64,000 nt of DNA from an uncultured delta proteobacterium (GTDB lineage: Bacteria; Desulfobacterota; WTBG01; CAIYCZ01): the NCBI GenBank assembly GCA_963803975.1, contig CAWDOY010000001.1:128001-192000 (forward strand), written 5' to 3'. This document shows, piece after piece, positions 60,181-64,000 of this stretch (the stretch's first letter is position 1; each line of letters begins with the position of its first letter). Below the pieces are notes generated by a model. It saw only the letters and a program-made list of their open reading frames with translations. It did no database searches and was not told the DNA's origin. A program made the position numbers and the translations under genes.

Positions 60181-60366
60181 GAACCAGATGAACCACAGTA
60201 GGACACAGAGGTTACATTGTATAATTTTGATTTGTCTTCTGGGTCGTCCCTGTGATGTTTTAATAATTACAGCTATTTACATAACGGTTATTCTGCCATC
60301 GGCGAGCGCTCAGAGAACCGCAGTATTGGGGGAATTAGATTCTTCTGAGATCTCAGTGGTTATCTT

Positions 60367-60897
60367 ATGTCCGAAAAAACTCTCACACTCGTCACCGGCG
60401 GCATCAAGAGCGGAAAAAGCTCCTGGGCGCAGCAGCAGGCTGAGCGCTTAAGCGGCACCAGGGCGTTTGTCGCGACCGCACAGGCGCTTGATGATGAGAT
60501 GAAAGACCGCATCGCAAAGCACCGGCAGGCACGGGGGGATGCATGGGTAACCTTTGAAGAGCCAAAAGACCTGGTGCCGCTGGTGGATGATATAACCGGC
60601 AGGTTTGATATCATCCTGATCGACTGCCTGACCATATGGCTGTCAAACCTGCTCACGATCTACCGGATGGATGAAGAGGCGGCAGCGCAGCAGATTGCAG
60701 GGCTCAGCGCATGTTTCAGCCGGGCCGCGTCCCGGGTATTTGTTATCTCCAATGAAACCGGCATGGGGATAATACCTGCTGATCCGCTTTCCCGGCTGTA
60801 CCAGCGACTTCTGGGCAGTTTGAACAGCGAGGTTGCCGCGGCAGCGGACGAAGTTTATCTCATGGTCTCCGGCATCCCGGTGAAGATAAAACCGTGA
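60367..60897 (+). CDS. cobU: Adenosylcobinamide kinase / cobinamide-phosphate guanylyltransferase
   Basis: LVTGGIKSGKS, DDEMKDRIAKH..R, DCLTIWLSN, SNETGMG, MVSGIP. Confidence 0.95.
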   Translation: MSEKTLTLVTGGIKSGKSSWAQQQAERLSGTRAFVATAQALDDEMKDRIAKHRQARGDAWVTFEEPKDLVPLVDDITGRFDIILIDCLTIWLSNLLTIYRMDEEAAAQQIAGLSACFSRAASRVFVISNETGMGIIPADPLSRLYQRLLGSLNSEVAAAADEVYLMVSGIPVKIKP

Positions 60898-61109
60898 CTC
60901 GTGGCACGTGATTCGTGACTCGAGGAAACGAAACAAAGAGAAGTGCGGATTGCGGAACTGAAAAAGGCAACAGGCAATAGTGCACAAAGTAATTGCGGAT
61001 TTGAGATTGCAGCGTGCAGATTTAAGTAAGGTACAGAAAATAAAGCTGATAGCTGACAGCTGTCAACTGATAGCTTACTTGAACAACTCAAAACTTAAAA
61101 CTAAAAACT

Positions 61110-62646
61110 ATGCACTGCAGCATACTGCTTCTGGAACATCCCCGGCCTTCCTCGGCAATCCATTTCAATGACGTGGCCAATACGCCCCTGTCATCGGGGC
61201 TTTTGAGCGGCTATATTTCATCGCTGCTTGAAGCGCGGGGCGTCTCCGTGAGCCTGCATGAAGCATATCCCTCTGCCGGGTCTTTCCAGGACTGCGCAAC
61301 AGAGCTTGACCGCCTGGAGTTTAGCGTTCTGGGCGTCAACGCAGTATATCTCTGGGAGAAGACCGAAGAGCTGTTTTCATTCTTAAAAAACTGAAGGCCC
61401 GCCGTCCGGACGTGTCCGTGATCCTGTACGGCTTTTTCCCCACCTTTTCCTTCCGTGAAATTCTTTCCCAATACCCGTTCATTGACTGCATCATTCTGGG
61501 TGAGCCCGAGGAAACTTTTGCTGACATAGCCGCAAGCCTGCAACAGGATGGCTGCATTGATTTTTCAAAAATACCGGGTCTTGCCTTTCGGGAAAACGGG
61601 AAGGTCACCACCTCGGGAGAGAGGGCGCTCATCGAGCCGCTTGACCGGCTGCCGTTCCCTGAGCGCAGCGAGCAGTTCCTGAAAACAGTCGGCGGCAATA
61701 TTCTGGCCAGCCGGGGCTGCTACGGCCAGTGCAGTTTCTGCTATATAAATTATTTTTACGGGCACGGCTGCCAGTGGCGCGGCCGCTCCCCGGATAATGT
61801 GGCGCAGGAGATTGAAGAGCTGTATCCGCGCCTGCCGGAGCCCTCTATCTATTTTGTCGATGCGAATTTTTTCGGCCGCGGAAGCCTTGGCCGCACGCGC
61901 TCGCAGGCTATTGTCGAGCGCATTAAAGACTGGAGCGATCTCAGCTTCGGCATCGAGTGCCGCAGCAATGACCTGGATGAAGAACTTGTCAGCGCTATGG
62001 TGCAGGCGGGCTTGCGGCAGGTATTCCTGGGCATTGAGAGCGCATCAAAAGCATCGCTTGCGCGCATGAAAAAAGGGGTGCGGCTGGATATGCAGGCGGC
62101 GGCAGTCAAAATGCTGCAGGCCCATGGGGTAGAGATTAACCTCGGGTTTATAATGTTTGAGCCTGATACTGCGCTTGAAGATGTGCGGCTAAATTTTCAA
62201 TTTTTGAAAGACAATGGCCTGCTGGACTCTCTCTCCTGCACGGCTAATGTCCTCTATCACCGGGAAATTGCACTGCAGGGAACTGAGCGTTTCAAACTGC
62301 TGCAGGCAGAAAACCGCCTGCAAAAAATCGACCCCCTGGGGTATGAAGGCAGCTACTGTTTTCTCCAGGAACCGGTCCAGTTCCTGGCAGACCTGATGGA
62401 TAGCGTATGCCGGGGCTGTTTTGCAAAAAATGGATAACTGCGAGCTCCCCGATTTTCTGGGGCAGGGAAAGCTCCGCGGCAGCGCTTCGGCTGAATGCTT
62501 ACCTGGTCTATTTCTTTGAAGAGGCGCTGCGCAAGCTTGAGCTGAAGGAGCTGTTGCTGACTCATGAGGAGCGCATGCGCTGGGAAGAGCGGGCCTTGGC
62601 AGTGGTCGACGGGCTGATCGTATCCGAGCGGGTGTGCCAGCTGTGA
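61110..62646 (+). CDS. B12-binding radical SAM enzyme, BzaD/BzaE-like (frameshifts near 61390 and 62420)
   Basis: N-terminal B12-binding-type domain; ILGEPE; LPFPER; ASRGCYGQCSFC; FVDANF; FLGIES; GFIMFEP; cob operon context. Confidence 0.75.
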
Positions 62647-63646
62647 AAGCTTCACCCGCAGCGGACTTTGAGCGGCTCTATGCTTTAGGGACCGGGTTCC
62701 AGGCCTCTGAAATTATTTTTACGGCAGTCAGGCTGGGGATTTTTACCGCGCTCGATGCAGGGCCGGCTACCAGTAAAAGCCTGGCCGGAAAATTACATCT
62801 CTCGCAGGATGCTCTGGCCAGGTTCATGCGCGCTTTGAAAAGCATGGGGCTGATAGCGGAGCGCAACGGGGCATACAGCAAAACCGCGCTCTCGCGGCGC
62901 TATCTGGGAGCAGCCGCAGGGAGAACTGCGGTGATATGCTGATACATCTTGAAACGCTTAAGTCTTCGTGGGCAAACCTTTCTTACAGCTTAAAGAAAGG
63001 CACCATGCATGCTCCCGCGGAAAGAAGCCCTGGCAGATTATCCGCGGCAGCTGAAGCGGTTTCTCGCTGCGATGCACGCCTCAGGCGCTGATTAAGAGCG
63101 CGGCCATAGCGAGAGCGTTTCCGCTGCGGCAGATATTGCCGCATGCTTGATATCGGCGGCGGCATGGGAACCTATGCTGTTGCCTTTGCGCAGAAAAACA
63201 GCCGCGCTGCAGGCAACAGTGTTTGATCTTGAGAGCGTGGTGCCGCACGCAAAAAAATATATCAGGCAGTGCGGGATGGGCAGGCGCGTGAGCGTGGCTG
63301 CACGGTGAATGCCTGTCTGATCCGTTTCCGGGCAATGACTATGACCTGGTGCTGCTCTCAAATATCCTGCATATTTATGCAGCCAGGGGATGCGCGCTTT
63401 ATTATTAAAAAAGCAGCGCAGGCATTACAGCGCGGCGGCACCCTGCTGATTCATGATTATATCACCGGCTCCGGCGACCAGATCTTTGTCTCTCTTTTTG
63501 ACATGACCATGCTCACCGGGACGCCGGAAGGAAGATGCCACGCACGGACTGATCTTTGCCAATGGATGAAGGCTGCCGGGCTTTCCCGCATCCGGACAAA
63601 AGCGGTGAATGCCGGCACTTCGATTATGTGGGGAATTAAGGAATAG
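62634..63646 (+). CDS. SAM-dependent O-methyltransferase with dimerisation domain, BzaC-like (about 3 frameshifts)
   Basis: AVRLGIF..L..GP dimerisation domain; LDIGGGMGTYA read at ~63147-63180; LQRGGTLLIHD..FDMTML..T.EG. Confidence 0.7.
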
Positions 63647-63792
63647 GCACAAAGGCACAGAGGCAGAAGGCACAGAGGCAGATAGAGGCAAAGAGGCAGA
63701 TAGGCAATAGGTAAAAGGATGAGTCATGATCGTACGGCTGAACCGAACCTTTAACCTCGAGCCTGTTCACTATTCACTGTTCACTGATAGCG

Positions 63793-64000
63793 ATGGATCT
63801 ACAGACAGCACTTAACCAGGATAGAGCCGCTTGATGCGGCGTCTTTGCAGAAAGCGCAGGAGCGCCTTGACCAGCTTGCCATACCGCGCGGCAGCCTGGG
63901 GAGACTGCTTGACATCGGCAGACAAATTGCCGGCATCACCCGGCAGCTGAAGCCGCGCATTTCCCGGAAAAGAATATTTACCCTTGCCGCGGACCATGGT
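63793..64000 (+). CDS. cobT: Nicotinate-nucleotide--dimethylbenzimidazole phosphoribosyltransferase, 5' part (runs off the window)
   Basis: Translated by eye: AQERLDQLAIPRGSLGRL..IAGI..FTLAADHG. Confidence 0.9.

Overview
64 kb of a bacterial chromosome, most likely from an anaerobic Deltaproteobacterium/Desulfobacterota (inferred from the c3-type cytochrome, HdrDE-like pair, anaerobic-type bza/cob genes and repeat types). About 25 genes carry single-base frameshifts, most simply explained as unpolished long-read error, so split ORFs are joined here. Housekeeping genes (greA, ruvCAB, purM, psd, radA) alternate with four accessory blocks. (1) 11-22.5 kb: FAD reductase, glutamine-amidotransferase-like BPL-N protein, HdrDE-like pair, SsuABC-type ABC transporter, a ferredoxin-dependent bilin reductase homologue, and a nitrilase-less Nit1C-type radical SAM/GNAT/AIR-synthase trio. 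(2) 28.8-38.3 kb: a minus-strand island with ~49-bp direct repeats and gene relics. (3) 38.4-54.7 kb, the best candidate for an undescribed system: a signal-peptide-bearing single-chain EutB-EutC ethanolamine ammonia-lyase clustered with a porin, a BtuFCD-like ABC transporter and a MoxR/DUF58/VWA cluster in mxaRSACKL order. (4) 59.9-64 kb: a cobalamin-riboswitch-controlled cobU-bzaD/E-like-bzaC-like-cobT operon. No rRNA, tRNA, CRISPR array or transposase was seen. All family calls come from motif recognition, not database searches.
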